NCBI GenBank assembly: GCA_951406725.2
Contig: OX597839.1
Coordinates: 32,984,001 to 33,048,000, forward strand
Direction: 5' to 3'
From: Octopus vulgaris
Taxonomy: Eukaryota
DNA: 64,000 nucleotides
Shown: piece after piece, positions 25,630 through 39,499 of the stretch
Position numbering within the stretch: position 1 is the stretch's first letter
How the letters are laid out: the number at the start of each line of letters is the position of its first letter
Notes under the pieces: model-generated
Database searches by the model: none
Seen by the model: only the letters and a program-made list of their open reading frames with translations
Told to the model about the DNA's origin: nothing
Position numbers and translations under genes: made by a program

Positions 25630-25962
25630 CACTGCTCTCTCTCTCTCTAGTTCTCTCTCTTTCTTATCCTTCCTCTCTATTTCTCTCTCTCTCTCTCTCT
25701 CTTTCCCTTCCTCTCTATTTCTCTCTCTCTTTCTTTCCCTTCCTCTCTATTTCTCTCTTTCTTTCCCTTCCTCTCTATTTCTCTCTCTCTCTTTCTTTCC
25801 CCTCCTCTCTATTTCTCTCTCTCTCTCTCTTTCTTTCCCTTCCTCTCTATTTCTCTCTCTTTCTTTCCCTTCCTCTCTATTTCTCTCTCTCTCTTTCTTT
25901 CCCTTCCTCTCTATTTCTCTCTCTCTCTCTCTTTCTTTCCCTTCCTCTCTATTTCTCTCTCT
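25630..25962. repeat. CT-rich minisatellite (~30-35 bp unit)
   Basis: ttctttcccttcctctctatttctctctct repeated about 10 times. Confidence 0.9.
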
Positions 25963-26472
25963 TCACCCATCCACCACCACACATTTTACCCATAAAACAC
26001 CTCCTCATGCACGCTTCAGAGGCCCATATAAAGGGTACTACAAAGTATAAACGCTCATAAACACTCCACACCCACAAAGCAATAAAAAGGAAAAAAGAAG
26101 ACCTGGGTAAGGTTTGGGGTGGGAAAAGAAATTCAGGAAAATAACAACAACAATAATAATAATCATCCTATCAAGGCAGCAAGGTGGCAGAAACGTTAGC
26201 ACGCCGGGCGAAACGTTTAGCGATAAACATTCCGAGTTCAAATTCCGCCGAGGTTGACTTTACCTTTCATCCTTTTGGAGTCAGTAAATTAAGTACCAGT
26301 TGCATACTGGGGTTGATCTAATTGACTGGCCCCCTTCCCCCAAAATTTCGGGCCTTGTGCCTAGAGTAAAAAAAAAAAACAACCAAAAAAACAATGATAA
26401 TCATCCTTTCTACTGTTCTATATTTAAGAGATGAGGAATTATTTACATTTGACTGATATTTGTCCTCATTTT

Positions 26473-27155
26473 AACGTAAAGTATACTTGCCATCTCAATA
26501 TGGCTAACCACTAAGGGTGGGTGTTACTGTAGCTTGTAGCCCCAGGAGAACATCGTCTCCAGCTGGCTTTAGGCACACTTTCTGTGCCCTTATGGTATTT
26601 GCAAAGGGAAGTCATCCCCCTCTCGTCAACCTAAGTGATATGCACAGACTGCAGTTTCGAGGTTGTTGCCTCTTGTCAACGTACGGTAATCACCGGTTTT
26701 CGATGAAAGGGAGACCTGTTTGCAAATATTTAATGTTTTTCCCAGTAACCTTAGTCACTGATTTCGAAAAACTGTCTGCAAGCAATAATAAATCTCCGAA
26801 CGAGATGTAAACAGTAACCGCTCGACAACGTAAAGTATACTAGCCATTTCAATATGGCTAACCACTAAGGGTGGGTGGGTTACTCTAGCTTGTAGCCCCA
26901 GGAGATCATCGTCTCCAGCTGGCTTTAGGCACACTATCTTTGCCCTTATGGTATTTGCAAAGGGAGATCATCCCTCTCTCGTCAACCTAAGTGATATGCA
27001 CAGACTGCAGTTTCGAGGTTGTTGCCTCTTGTCAACGTACGGTAATCACCGGTTTTTTATGAAAACCACACTGGTTAGCCATATTGAGATGGCTGAGTAT
27101 ACTTTACGTTGTTGAGTGGTTACTGTTTACATCTCGTTCAGAGATTTATTGTTGC
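26473..27155. mobile_element. Composite insertion (354-bp tandem unit plus inverted fragment) flanked by 13-bp direct repeat
   Basis: ttgtcctcatttt at 26460-26472 and 27156-27168; the unit shares gtaaagtata..gccatctcaata.ggctaacca with the Helitron at ~2150-2208. Confidence 0.7.
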
Positions 27156-27179
27156 TTGTCCTCATTTTGTTTGTTATTA

Positions 27180-27224
27180 ACACAACGTTTTGGCTGATAT
27201 ACCCTCCAGCCTTCATCAGGTGTC
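27180..27224 (-). ncRNA. Degenerate minimal hammerhead ribozyme in a Penelope-like repeat (G12A)
   Basis: ACAC-CUGAUGA-A-GGCUG-loop-CAGCC-AAAA-CG-UU^GUGU; GAAA is mutated to AAAA. Confidence 0.6.
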
Positions 27225-27420
27225 TCGGGGAAATTTCGAACCTGGATTCTCATTCTTAAGGTATTTTTCGATGTTATTATTATTCAGGTCACTACCTGGA
27301 ATTGAACTCTGAATCTTGGGATTAGTAGCCCACGCTCTTAACCTCTATGCCATATACTCGTAAAGCATCCAGTTTGTTGTTGCTTGAGATCTCTTGAACA
27401 GCTTATAAGGCAACAGTGTA

Positions 27421-27461
<41 letters not shown>

Positions 27462-27463
<2 letters not shown>

Positions 27464-28020
27464 GCCCTGATGCAGTACCAGACAATGGCTCTCATGGCTT
27501 CTGATCTTAACTGATTGGAAGTGTTATCATGTACATTGTTCTATCTTGATATAAAAAGATGGGCTACAGCAAATATTCTGCTCAATGCCACAGATTTGCT
27601 TGTCAGTTGTTTGACCTTAACCAGTTAAGGATGTCCCTTAGTGGCTGACGATATGTGCATCTCTGATCACGAGCAGAAGTAGTGGGGGAGCATCATAGCC
27701 ATGTGTTGAGAGGGATTCTTTGGGGTTTGAATAATTTGCCTTTGGAAACATGGGTGTTTTGTTCATCATCCTTAAACAACCCTTATTCAGGGACCTTTTG
27801 AGCAGGATGGGCTACTCAACCTGAAGAAAATTCTAACTGGGCCCCACCTGCAAGGTCATGTGCTGTTTATCTTGATATGAGATCACCATGTCGCGCACAT
27901 ATGGTTGTGATGCATGTACCTGGTGTACCCTTATCAGACGGGTAGTCATGATGGGTAAACTGGGCTTTGTATATTTGTACCCTCAGTGTCACTTTGATGG
28001 CAAGCATTGCTCTCTCACTC
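27462..28020. mobile_element. Unclassified ~560-bp element bounded by (AAT)n on both sides
   Basis: (AAT)n at 27421-27460 and 28021-28040; no ORF. Confidence 0.45.
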
Positions 28021-28044
28021 AATAATAATAATAATAATAAGAGG

Positions 28045-28440
28045 AGGATGTAGTAAATGGCGAGGGTGTCACAATCCTTTGGAAATTCCCAATACAGACA
28101 GACAGAAAAATTGACTCCAGTTGACCAGACATTGTGATCAAGGACTACAAGAGAGGAACTTGTCTGTTAATAGATATGTCTGTCCCACAAGATCAAAATG
28201 TCTCAAGAAAGGAATACAAAAAGCTTTCTCACTATAAAGATCTGCAAATTGAAATCACAAAAATTAACTAGCTTAGTACTACAATAATACCAGTAGTAAT
28301 TGGTGCATTGGGAATGATAAAGAAGGGAGCTGAGAAGTATATTAAGCAACTCCCTGGTAACTCCAGTCTCCGTGAACTACAAAAGATAGCCTTGATGGGT
28401 ACAACCCATATACTACGGAAAGCACTCTCCATCGAAAATG
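28045..28440 (+). mobile_element. Degenerate R4/Dong-like non-LTR retrotransposon 3' fragment (restriction-like endonuclease)
   Basis: Translates GVTILWKFPIQTDRKI..*PDIVIKDYKRGTCLLIDMSVPQDQN..KEYKKLSHYKDL and IPVVIGALGMI..ELQKIALMGTTHILRKALS. Confidence 0.75.
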
Positions 28441-30032
28441 GAATAAATGTGGTGATAATTTTAGCATACATAGCAAGACAAAAGTGCCCCTTGCTACTCT
28501 TGGCCTCCGGAGGATGCCCGTTACTAAGGCAACTAAAATAAAGTTATAATGAAAAGAAACCATAAATGATAATAAAAATAACAACAACAACAATAATAAA
28601 CTAAAATAAAACAAAAATAAAATTTCAAAAAATATAAACAAAACCACAAAATAAAAAAGAAAACTTTTTTTAATCATTTAAATACGATATAAAATATTTA
28701 AATAAAAAAAATTACAAATAAGATAAAAATATGCCCATGGGCAAATGGCGCATTTGTTAAGGGCACGGGCTGCTAACGCCAAGATTCCAAGATAAGAATA
28801 GTTGCATCTTCTGCTGTGATTTGTTTGGACAAAGTGTTTTAATTATTGATAGGCGCAGAAGTGGCTGTGCGATTTGAATTTTTTCTTCTACGGAAGGAAG
28901 AGCAAGCCTTCTTCTATCATACTCTCAATTTTGGTCAACTTGCGCCGCGGGGTCTTGGAGGAGATGGTGTTAGTTGAAGGCTACCAAACCTACCATACAC
29001 AGACGTCACCTTTATATATATATAGATTAATTGAAAGAAACACAAAGCATCTCAACAGAAATATAGTAACAAAAGGGTTAATGTAGTTCTCGGGGAGATT
29101 CAGTGTGATGCAGAATGTGACAAGAGCAGGCCCCCTTTTAATTACTGGTACAACTCTTTTTTTGCCAACTGATCATAATGTAATCTTTGTATTGTCCCTT
29201 TTTATGCCCTAATGATTTTCCACCCAAGGTATTTTGAAATGCAAGAATATATCTTAATATATGTTTAGAAGTATAAATTGGATGTGAAACAAAACATTGT
29301 AGGTGAAGATGCTAATTAATTAATATCCATTAAATCTCTTTGTTTTCTAACTTAATAATATTATATTCTTTTAGTCTTTGAGCACAGCCACGCTGGAGCA
29401 CCGCCTTTAGTCAAACAAACCAACCCCAGGATTTATTCTTTGCAAGCCTAGTAATTATTCTATTGGTCTCTTCATCATAGCACACAGAAGAAACATTGAG
29501 TCCATTCTTTGACATACTGGTCCCCACACAACATGAAATGAAGTGTCTTGCTCAAGAACAGAACATGCTGCCTAGTCCAGGAATCGAACCCTTGATCTGA
29601 TGATTGTGAGTACAAAGCCCTAGTCACTACACCATGCACCTTCACAAAATTTTTGCTGCTTTTATTATTATTATTATGACTTTACGTTTCATCCTTTTGG
29701 CGGTTGATTAAATAAGTACCAGTTATTCACTGGGGTTGATATAATCGACTTAATCCCTTTATCTGTCCTTGTGTGTCCCTGCTATGTTTAGCCCCCTGTG
29801 GGCAATAAAGAAATAAATTATTATTATGACACTCAGAGCAAACATTGGGTCCATTCTTTTGATATGCTGGCCCCTACGCAGCATAGTGAACCCTAAAGGA
29901 TATAGATTTATTTGTGTTAGGTTAAGGGTATATCTTGTTTCAGTCATTGGACTGTGCCCATACTGGAGCACCACCTGGAAGGGCTTAGCTGAACAAATTG
30001 ACCCTAGGACTCATTGACTTTTTCCTTTTTGT

Positions 30033-30231
30033 ATACTCTTTTACTTGTTTCAGTCATTTCACTGTGGCCATGCTGGAGCACCGCCTTTAGTCGAGCAACT
30101 CGATCCTGGGACTTTGTAAGCCCAGTACTTATTCTATTGGTTTCTTTTGCCGAACTGCTAAGTAACGGGGACATAAACACACCAGCATCGGTTGTCAAAC
30201 AATGCTATGGGGACAAACACAGACACACACA

Positions 30232-30307
<76 letters not shown>

Positions 30308-31280
30308 CGACGGGCTTTTTTCAGTTTCCGTCTACCAAATCCACTCACAAAGCTTTGGTCGGCCCGAGGCTATAGTAGAAGACACTTGCCCAAGGTGCCA
30401 CAAAACATGATGAAGTCCAAGAACCCCTTAATGGCAACCACCAAGAAGCGGCCCCCGTGATGTCTGCCAGCCAAATAAATACGAGAAACAAACTCCTCTG
30501 AAACGATTTAACATTCGTTTAATTAACTAAATCTCTACTTTAGGTATTTTGGCTTAATTACGGGTGGGGGAATCATTGTGAATAAGGAGAAAGAAGGTCA
30601 GTTGGGTGGGGGGGGGGGGGGGGGGGGGTGCCGAGGAAGAAGAAAAAGAATTTGCTAATCTAGGTGGAGACCCATGTGGGTTTTGAGTTACCTCACCTGG
30701 AATGTTCTTGTTCATTGATGCATGAAATAGCAGCAATGAAATACAGAGGCAACATGAAAGAAGGTCACACACACACACACATATATATATATATACATGT
30801 ACACACATACATACTCTTTATATTGTTTCAGTCATTTGACTGTGGCCATGCTGGAGCACCGCCTTTGGTCGAGCAAATCGACCCCAGGACTTATTCTTTG
30901 TAAGCCCAGTACTTATTCTATCGGTCTCTTTTGCTGAACCGCTAAGTGACGGGGATGTAAACACACCAGCATCGGTTGTCAAGCAATGCTAGGGGGACAA
31001 ACACAGACACACAAACATATACACACACATACATATATATATACATATATACGACGGGCTTCTTTCAGTTTCCGTCTACCAAATCCACTCACAAGGCTTT
31101 GGTCGGCCCAGGGCTATAGTAGAAGACACTTGCCCAAGGTGCCACACAGCCACTCCTACGCCACATATAGATATATTTATCTATACATATACAGGTACAC
31201 ACACACATATAGTCAGACATATATACATACACATATAGATGCATATAGATATACATATATATCTACACATATATACATGC

Positions 31281-31318
<38 letters not shown>

Positions 31319-31795
31319 GCGCATACACACATATACATACATACATAAACACACACATGAACAGAGTAGCTGAAAAGTAGGCTTACGGTTACTCTTTTAC
31401 TTGTTTCAGTCATTTGACTGCGGCCATGCTGGAGCACCGCCTTTAGTCGAGCAAATCGACCCTGGGACTTATTCTTTGTAAGCCCAGTACTTATTCTATC
31501 GGTCTCTTTTGCCGAACCGCTAAGTGACGGGGACATAAACACACCAGCATCAGTTGTCAAGCAATGCTAGGGAGACAAACACAGACACACAAACATATAC
31601 ACACACATACATATATATATGTATACATATATACGACGGGCTTCTTTCAGTTTCCGTCTACCAAATCCACTCAGAAGGCTTTGGTCAGCCGAAGGCTATA
31701 GCAGAAGACACTTGCCCAAGATGCCGCGCAGTGGGACTGAACCCGGAACCATGTGGTTGGTAAGCAAGCTACTTACCACACAGCCACTCCTGCGT
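30033..31795 (-). mobile_element. Three SINE A copies (30033-30401, 30811-31160, 31389-31795)
   Basis: Family consensus, reverse strand. Confidence 0.85.
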
Positions 31796-31854
31796 TATCA
31801 GGTAGGTACTTTAAACATTTCTTTTAAAACATTTTATTACGTTTAAATTTCCAT

Positions 31855-32517
31855 CTTACAATCATAGTGTTTAACCTCTCAGATGCTCAAAATGTCCTCC
31901 TTCAACATTGCAACATTCCTCAAACCTCTTCAGAACACTCTGACACAGTGCAGCACAAATTCTGACCTCCATCAATTTCAGTGAATGCGTCAGAAATATA
32001 ATCTAATTCATTTACTGTTTTGGGATTCTTCTTGTAAACCTTATTCTTCACAACACCCCAAAGGCAGAACTCCGTTGGTGTCAGGTCAGGTGAACCTGGT
32101 GGCCATTCCATGCTGTCCTGTCTTCCAAATCAACGCTGTGGAAAGGCTTGCTTAAGGTAGTCTCTAACTGTTAACGCATAATATGGAGGTGGCTCCATCT
32201 TGCTAAATAATGGTTTAATTTTTTTTTTCTAATTAAGATCATCATCATCATCATCTTCGTTTAGCGTCCGTTTTCCTTGCTAGCATGGGTTGGACGGTTC
32301 AACTGGGGTCTGGGAAACCTGAAGGCTGCACCAGGCCAGTCAGATCTGGCAGTGTTTCTACAGCTGGATGCCCCTTCCTAACGCCGACCACTCAATGAGT
32401 GTAGTGGCTGCTTTTTACGTGCCACCGGCACGGAGGCCAGGCGAGGCTGGCAACGGCCACGATATGAATGTGAAAGAGATGGTTGAATAACAGTAAACCT
32501 ACTTTTGGGCCGCCCTG
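31855..32517 (-). mobile_element. Tc1/mariner-superfamily transposon relic interrupted by SINE C
   Basis: QDGA-PPYYALTVRDYL..MEWPPGSPDLTPTEFCLWGVVKNKVY; TIR-like CAGGGCGGCCCAAAAGTAGG next to TA at 32517. Confidence 0.75.
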
Positions 32518-34109
32518 TATATATATATATATATATATATAAACTTGTGTGCATACCAAACATACCATTTCACAGACAGTCATGTTTGATATGTGACTAA
32601 TATCAGGTTTGTTCAGATTTCCTTCCGTTTCGTCTTATCTTTCCTCAGATAACCCCTCCCCCCAAAACCACTCCTTTTGTGAACATATTTTAAACTTGAG
32701 CTACATTGTGCTGAAATCCAGTCAAGGTCAAGTTAGCCTTTTTATCCCTGGGGGGAGGGGCAATAGCATGGCTGTGTGGTAAGAAGCTTGCTTACCAACC
32801 ACATGGTTCCGGGTTCAGTCCCACTGCGTGGCACCTTGGGCAAGTGTCTTCTGCTATAGTCTCGGGCCGACCAAAGCTTTGTGAGTAGATTTGGTAGACG
32901 GAAACTAAAAGAAGCCCGACATATATAAATGTTTGTGTGTAGCTTGCTTCACAACCACATGGTTCCGGGTTCAGTCCCACCGTGTGGCACCTTAGGCAAG
33001 TGTCTTCTACTCGTGAAGCCTTGTGAGTGGATTTGGTAGATGGAAACTGAAAGAAGCTCATTTATGTATATATATATATGTGTGTGTGTGTTTCTCCAAC
33101 CACTGCTTGACAACCAGTGTTTGTGTGTTTATGTCCCTGTAACTTAGCAATTCGGCAAAACAGACCAATGGAATAAGCATCAGACTTAAAAAGTTCTGCG
33201 ATTTATTTGAGTAAAGTTCTTCAAGGTGGTGCCCCAGCATGGCCAGTCTAAAAGCTGAAACAAGGTAGAACAAAATACCAGCCAAATATTGGTGTCAATG
33301 GTAGACTTCTCCCATCAAAATTTGCTGTCCTTGTGCCAAAATCAAAAGAAATTTACGCACAAAGCCAGCAGTTTTGAGGGGGGGGGGGGCTTTGACGCTT
33401 ACATCAACCCTGGTATTTGACTTCTGTGTGTACACAATCCCTTATCTGATGCCCTTGGGATTTGGTGGTTTCCTGAATGTTTGGATCTTGGAAATGGTAA
33501 TCTAATACATTTATAAAAAAAAGTATAACCCTGTTTATAAGTCATGATTCCCAAGAATGGTCTACCCCCCCCCCTACGCCAATTAACTTTGTAAACATAA
33601 GCATGGACACACTTATATTGAAACCATTGCTATTCACTGTGCCCGAAATCCATTCCCATTGCTTGACAAAGCTTTGCATACACCAGTAAATGTATTTTAT
33701 GCTATTTACATAAGAATTCTCTCATATTTTGGCACAGGGCAAGAATTCTGAAGGAAGGAGGAAGTCGATTGCCTCTCAAACCCAATGTTTAAATGGTGCT
33801 TATCTTATCGACTCAAAGTGAGCTCTGAATGGCAGATTCAGAGTCTGTAACTGATGAAGTGTACAATATGCAGAAACACACGTCCCATGGTCTGATGACA
33901 ACATCCTCCACGGCCCAGCTGTTATCTTCGAAGAGTTACCTACCACAGTGAAGATTTCCCGACAGGTATTTGTATCTATAAACATGTGAAATATAAATGT
34001 ACGTAGCTTTACACACACACACACACACACACATTAAAACAAAAATGTTTTCTTTTTTTAAATTCTTTTTATTTTTACATTGCAGAAATATATAATTTTA
34101 GTTGGATAG

Positions 34110-34148
<39 letters not shown>

Positions 34149-34304
34149 TCCTTCTTTGAACAACAACAAAACATGAACTTTTTTGAATCACAGTTTAACT
34201 TCGTGTTATTTTCTTGGCTTAGTCAACGTTCTGATTTCAACTGCTGTAGCTGGGGCTTTCACTGGATAACAATGATTAGACAGAATAAGAGCAGAAGAGA
34301 GTCA

Positions 34305-34350
<46 letters not shown>

Positions 34351-34590
34351 ATGGGGTAAGGCATGTCATTTTTTAATTTTTTATTTTTAAGTGAGAGGCA
34401 TTTCTGTTTCATGTCAGATGATATCATAAAGAGGAGAGGTGAAAGAGAGGAAAGGAGAGAGGGAGAGTAAGAAAGAAAGAGATAAAGAGCAGGTCCAATA
34501 GTGAGGTGTGTTGTGTTTGATTTGCTCTCTACCCTGGACTCTGAGATGTATTGCTGTCCTTTCTGCCGGGGTCACAAGGGTCACAATACG

Positions 34591-34966
<376 letters not shown>

Positions 34967-35182
34967 AGGGGCGGGGTTTGTGTGGGGTTAGACTATACAC
35001 AAAAACATTCGTTCTCCTCCGGTAAATTAAAGCAATAAAGGGTTCCCTTGGCAATCTGTTGCGGGTTGAGCACCTGAATGATGCTGGAAGACCAAATGCT
35101 CAGCCCCCAAACAACCGTAATTGGGGGGGGGGGGAAGACAGGGATTGGAACTTAAACCTTGTCTTATCCTCCTTTCTCTTTT

Positions 35183-35211
35183 ATATATATACATACATAC
35201 ATACACACATA

Positions 35212-35252
<41 letters not shown>

Positions 35253-35254
35253 GC

Positions 35255-35290
<36 letters not shown>

Positions 35291-35392
35291 GCATATATAT
35301 ATATATACACACACACATATGCATATATATATATATATATACATACATACATATGCATATATATATATATATACATACATACACACATATGC

Positions 35393-35423
<31 letters not shown>

Positions 35424-35470
35424 TATGCATATATATATATACATACATACATACATATACACACACACAA
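35183..35470. repeat. ~30-bp minisatellite built on TA/CA repeats
   Basis: acatatgcatatatat(at)n repeated about 8 times. Confidence 0.9.
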
Positions 35471-37117
35471 TGTTTATGCATTTGTTTTGTAAGATTCTTG
35501 ATGTGGAAGTGCGTGTTGAAAGAGATATTGTTATTTTGTGGGACGGTCATATTTTTAGCATAAAAATTGGCCAAAAAGAAGACCATCCCCAAATATAACA
35601 ATACATACATATATATACACATATACATACATATACATACATATATATATATACACATATACATATCAGAATCGAAATCGATCAATGGAAATTGCAGATG
35701 TGTTACCAGTGCCGGTGGCATGTAAGAGAACTTTCCGTTTCGCGACCGTTGCCAGCACCGCCCTGTTTCGTGTCCGTTGCCAGCCTCGCCTGGCCCTCGT
35801 GCCGGTGGCACATAAAAAGCACCATCCGTTCGTGGCCGTTTGCCAGCTCTGTCTGGCACCAGTGCGGGTGGCACGTAAAAAGCACCCACTACACTCACGG
35901 AGTGGTTGGCGTTAGGAAGGGCATCCAGCCGTAGAAACACTGCCAGATTTGACTGGGCCTGATGAAGCCTTCTGGCTTCACAGACCCCAGTAGAACCGTC
36001 CAACCCATGCTAGCATGGAAAACGGACGCTAAACGATGATGATGATGATGACATACATATATATACATATATATATATACACATATACATATATATATAT
36101 ACACATATACATATATACATATATATATACACATATACATATATATATACACATACACATATATATATACACATACATATATATATACACATACATACAC
36201 ACACACACACATATACATACATACATACGTACATATATATATATAAGTTTGAATAGAGTTAGAGGTTAGAATAACCGTCTAAGGGATAAAAGTAACCATT
36301 ATATTACCGGTATAGTTACCTATATTTAACCCTGGGCATACATATGGATTACAGGTAATGACTAAGGTAAACATGAGTTTATCGGGAATCAAATTTAAAA
36401 TAAACAGAAAATGGAGAAATATTGATCAACAGCAATTGACCTAAATCAAATATTATTTTTCAGTTCAATACTATTGGATGCGATGCAGTCTGTTTGTATT
36501 GAATTAAAAACATAATAATTGTTGTAGGTCAGTTCTTGTTGATCAATATTTCTCGTTTCCTGTTTACTTCACCATCATCATCGTTTAGTGTCCGCTTTCC
36601 ATGCTGGCATGGGTTGGACGGTTCATCTGGGGTCTGGGAAGCCAGAAGGCTGCACCAGGCCCAGTCTGATCTGGCAATGTTTCTACGGCTGGATGCCCTT
36701 CCTAACGCCAACCACTCTGTGAGTGTAGTGGGTGCTTTTTACGTGCCACTGGCACAGTTGCCAGACGAGGCTGGCAAACGCCCACAATCAGGTGGTGCTT
36801 TATATGTGCCACCTGCACAGGTGCCAGACGAGGCTGGTAAACGGCCACGGTCGGATGGTGCTTTTTACGTGCCACCGGCACGGAGGCCAGTCGGTGCAGC
36901 GCTGGCTACGGCCACGTTCGGATGGTTCTCTTACGTGCCACCGGCACAGGTATCACAGCTACAAATTCCATTGATGTTGATAGATTACTATTTTGATTTT
37001 GATTTTCATTTGCCTCAACAGGTCTTCTTCACAAGTGGAGTTTTGTGTCCCAAGAAGGAAAGGAATGCATAAGTGGGTTGGCTACATCCCAGGTGTAGGC
37101 CACTTATATATATAAAT

Positions 37118-37310
37118 AAGGAAATAGGCATGGCAGCTGAAAGCAGCTCTTGAGATGGCTCTGGTTGATAAGAGACAGCAAGTGGAACCTTTCCGTGGGC
37201 AAAGACCAGCTCGATCCTTGCTGCCTCCCTCAGGTGAGGTATCCAAGCTAAGGAGCAAAACCTCGTTATCCTGAGATACCTGCTGATGATACGGAATGGT
37301 TTTCAACATT
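37118..37310 (+). mobile_element. Possible Hero-clade non-LTR retrotransposon 3' end
   Basis: Frameshifted GMAAESSS/RWLWLIRDSKW resembles the AE-x-S-x-WLW-x-x-R C-terminus of Hero elements. Confidence 0.45.
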
Positions 37311-37418
37311 GCAATGGATTTAGATTAGTTTGCAAAACCTCTGAGTAGTTCATGCATTAGAGTGGGGAAGTAAAGCATCTTTGATGTTTATTCCAACCCC
37401 ACCACATATATATAGCCT

Positions 37419-37647
37419 TTAACCCTTTAGTGTTTAAACTGGCCAAATCCGGCCCAATATATTCTACATATTTTATATTCAAACTGGCCATATCTAGCCT
37501 CTCAAACCTAACCTACATTGACATTCTAAAAATAAACAATCACATCATTGAAACCTCAGAGCTATAAGACATTGCATGATTAATTCAAAACAATTTGAGT
37601 GAAAAAGTATTACATTTAACAGAATAATCTGAACACTAAAGGGTTAA
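37419..37647. mobile_element. piggyBac-type MITE, family 2 (TTAA-flanked)
   Basis: TTAA-CCCTTTAG...CTAAAGGG-TTAA; related copies at 38155-38385, 49515-49742 and 61425-61652. Confidence 0.8.
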
Positions 37648-39499
37648 ATATACATCTGGCCGATGCCAGCGCCGCCTCGACTGGCTTCTGTGCCGGTGGC
37701 ACGTAAGAAGCTCCATCCGAATGTGGCCAATGCCAGCGCCGCCTTGACTGGCTTCCGTGCCGGTGGTACGTAAAAAGCACCAACCGATCGTGGCTGCTGC
37801 CAGACTCCCCTGGCACAGGTGCCAGTGGCACGTAAAAAGCACCCACTACACTCGCGGAGTGGTTGGCGTTAGGTAGGGCATCCAGCTGTAGAAACACTGC
37901 CAGATCAGACTGGAGCCTGGCGCAGCCTCCTGGCTTCCCAGACCCCAGTCGAACTGTCCAACCCATGCTAGCGCGGAAAATGGACGTTAAACGATGATTA
38001 TGATGATGTTTGTGTAGTCATTGATGAATGGCATGTGAGAGACATTTAACTTTAGCTGTCGTGTGTAAAAATGTCACCATCTTGAGATCAGAACGATTAA
38101 AAGCTGTGAGTTTAGAGATTCTTGTGCAGGATCCTCATCCGTTTCGCGTCCAGTTTAACCCTACAGCATTCAGATTACTTCGTCAAATTTAATGCTTATT
38201 TATTCACACTTGTTTGGAATTAATCATGCATTAATCCATAGCTTCCAGATTTCAATGACACGATAGTTTATTTTTAGAATGACATTGTAGGGTAGGTGTG
38301 AGAGGTCTGATCTGGCCACTTTGAACATGAAAACAGATAGAATATTTTGGCTGGACACTACCTGTTTAAATGCTCAAAGGATTAAACGCAAGATGCAGTT
38401 TGTATCGTAGCATCTCACAGTCACAGCCGATTCCAATGCCGGTGACACATAAAAAGTGCCATTTGAGCATTGGGCCTCATGGAGGCCATGACAAGTGACC
38501 AAGACCTTTGGCAATATACCATGCTTGTGTAGACCTGTCAGGCCAGGTAAGACCTTAGTCGTGGCTGATGCTGGGGTCAAGTCAATGGCACCCATACTGG
38601 TGGCACTTAAAAGGCACCCACTACACTCTTGGCGTGGTTGACATTAGGAAAGGCATCCAGCTGTAGAAACATTGCCAGATCAGATTAGAACCTGGTACAG
38701 CCCACGGGCTTACCAGTTTTTAATCAAACTGTCCAACCCATGCCAGCACAGAAAACGGACATTAAAAGATGATTAAGTTTATCATAATTTTCTTTCCAAT
38801 ATGTGTGGGTGTTGATATCTCTGTCTTGATATCATGCATAGATCGTAGACGAATGTAGCTGTCATACAAGCAGTGTTGTTTACCGTCTTCCATGAAAACA
38901 TGTCTGGTCATTGTAATGTTTGTGTTGAGAGGACCAGTGGGTAAATATCACCTTGCTTGGAAACAGGTGAGGGCTGACAACTGGAGGGTCAACTGACCAT
39001 GAAAAGGCAAAAAAAAAAAGGCTCGACAAAAATTCTGTCCGATCCCCAAAAGCATGGAAAAAGTGGACGACAGCAGGCCAAGCTCTCCTTATTTGTGCCT
39101 CTCCCTTTGCTTCATCTACGGTCAGTCTAAATGCAGCACTAAGCACCACCCCTTACAGCAGTCTGTGTCTCCACTGGGCCCCCTACAGCTTGTCTCCTGC
39201 ATTTATAAGGCACTGGTCAGGCCAGGGCCGCAGAAGCAGATACTTCCCTGAAGTTCCATGCTATATTAAAATGTCTCACACCATTCAAGAGAAGTTTTGT
39301 TGCCATCAAGACAAGAGGCACTCAGTAATATACTGGGGTCCCATTTAACAACTGGCCTTCCTTGATTTGGTTTGTTAAAAATTTTTTTTTTTTACTGATT
39401 TTACACTTTTATTGAATCACTGATCTTGGTTTAGATGTAACAAATAAAAAAAAAGGGAAACTAGCATGAAGCTTAATAGTAAAACAACAAAAAAGAATG

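Larger units (their letters stand above)
22785..25650. repeat. Local tandem duplication (copy A ~22785-24284, copy B ~24285-25650) with copy-specific insertions
   Basis: The core agttagggttgttgatgataatgatatccagaac...cccgaacttactct occurs at ~22991 and ~24841; cacctagacacacaaaaataaaattc occurs at ~24208 and ~25570. Confidence 0.9.
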
